A DNA stretch of 55,741 nt from a virus (Duplodnaviria; Caudoviricetes), in IMG/VR virus record IMGVR_UViG_3300012919_000008, positions 1-55,741 of that record. One strand, written 5' to 3'. This document shows positions 55,154 to 55,741 of this stretch, one piece after another. Positions within the stretch are counted from its first letter, which is position 1. Every line of letters begins with the position of its first letter. The notes beneath the pieces were generated by a model that had not been told where the DNA came from, made no database searches, and worked only from the letters and a program-made list of their open reading frames with translations. The translations under genes and the position numbers were made by a program.

Positions 55154-55741
55154 CTATTCGGCTGCTTCTAACTGAGGTACATTAGTCAATGATGTAGGAT
55201 CAAAGACATCGAACCCTCTACTATTTGCAAACTTAGCTGGACACCCTGCCCATTTGTCTGCACAACCCTCTAACCATTTTACTGTCGCTTCATGTTCAGG
55301 GGCTTTACCTTCGCTAATAACTTTATTTTCCCACTGTAGATATGCAAACACTTCAGCTTGTGCTTGTGCTGCATTAATACCTAGATCAAATAGATATATT
55401 AAGTTACCCTCATCTATCTGACCACCTCTAGGTCTAGCACTGTTTAGTGCCTGTTTCATACAGGTCATTATATGGTATCGTGCTTCTTCTAGCTCGTAGT
55501 CTGCTTCAGTAAGTTCGTCTTTACCTATATGCTCCATTAGTTTGTCATACTGATTAGTAAAGAAGTTCATCTTACGAATAGCACCTTGCACACTATTCTG
55601 ACCATTTGTTAGACCAGTTTCTAATTCTAGTATTTCTATCTCTAGCATCTCTTTGTCTAGATCATCTGTACATTCTTCTAGCTCACGTTGTTTCTTTTTA
55701 AGTTCTACCTCTTTCTTCTTCATATTAATAAAGGCTTCTTG
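55154..55741 (-). CDS. Coiled-coil hypothetical protein, truncated at the right edge
   Basis: The frame stays open upstream of ATG 55723 (QEAFIN-MKKK) to the window end. Confidence 0.65.
   Translation of the reverse strand, partial: QEAFINMKKKEVELKKKQRELEECTDDLDKEMLEIEILELETGLTNGQNSVQGAIRKMNFFTNQYDKLMEHIGKDELTEADYELEEARYHIMTCMKQALNSARPRGGQIDEGNLIYLFDLGINAAQAQAEVFAYLQWENKVISEGKAPEHEATVKWLEGCADKWAGCPAKFANSRGFDVFDPTSLTNVPQLEAAE

Overview
This window is most of a circularly permuted ~55 kb marine podovirus genome of the HMO-2011 type (SAR116/Roseobacter-infecting group). The diagnostic feature is a family A DNA polymerase carrying a DnaJ-type CxxCxGxG insertion. No phage RNA polymerase is seen. 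The + arm (25.2-45.0 kb) carries early/host-takeover genes, a C5 methyltransferase, tyrosine integrase, primase, helicase, polymerase, nucleases, class II RNR and MazG. The - arm (24.5 kb to 1, continuing 55.7 kb to 45.0 kb) carries small basic proteins, lysis genes, terminase, portal, scaffold, capsid, tail genes, three tandem 'DFGDL' beta-propeller genes and internal virion proteins. The most unusual items: (1) four copies of a 15-17 bp palindrome GGTGGGAC-W-GTCCCACC at early promoters, plus a 23-bp direct repeat flanking an orphan gene; (2) a recurring CC/NYAC RNA internal loop (5 copies) in the scaffold and capsid leaders; (3) a modular beta-propeller array with a conserved gene-junction cassette; (4) small host-mimic genes, several missed by the ORF track (ArfA-like, SDHAF4/DUF1674-like, metallothionein-like, Usg-like, RMF-like); (5) a hydrophobic-x-x-GG motif shared by late proteins. 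All family assignments are from motif recognition by eye, not from searches.
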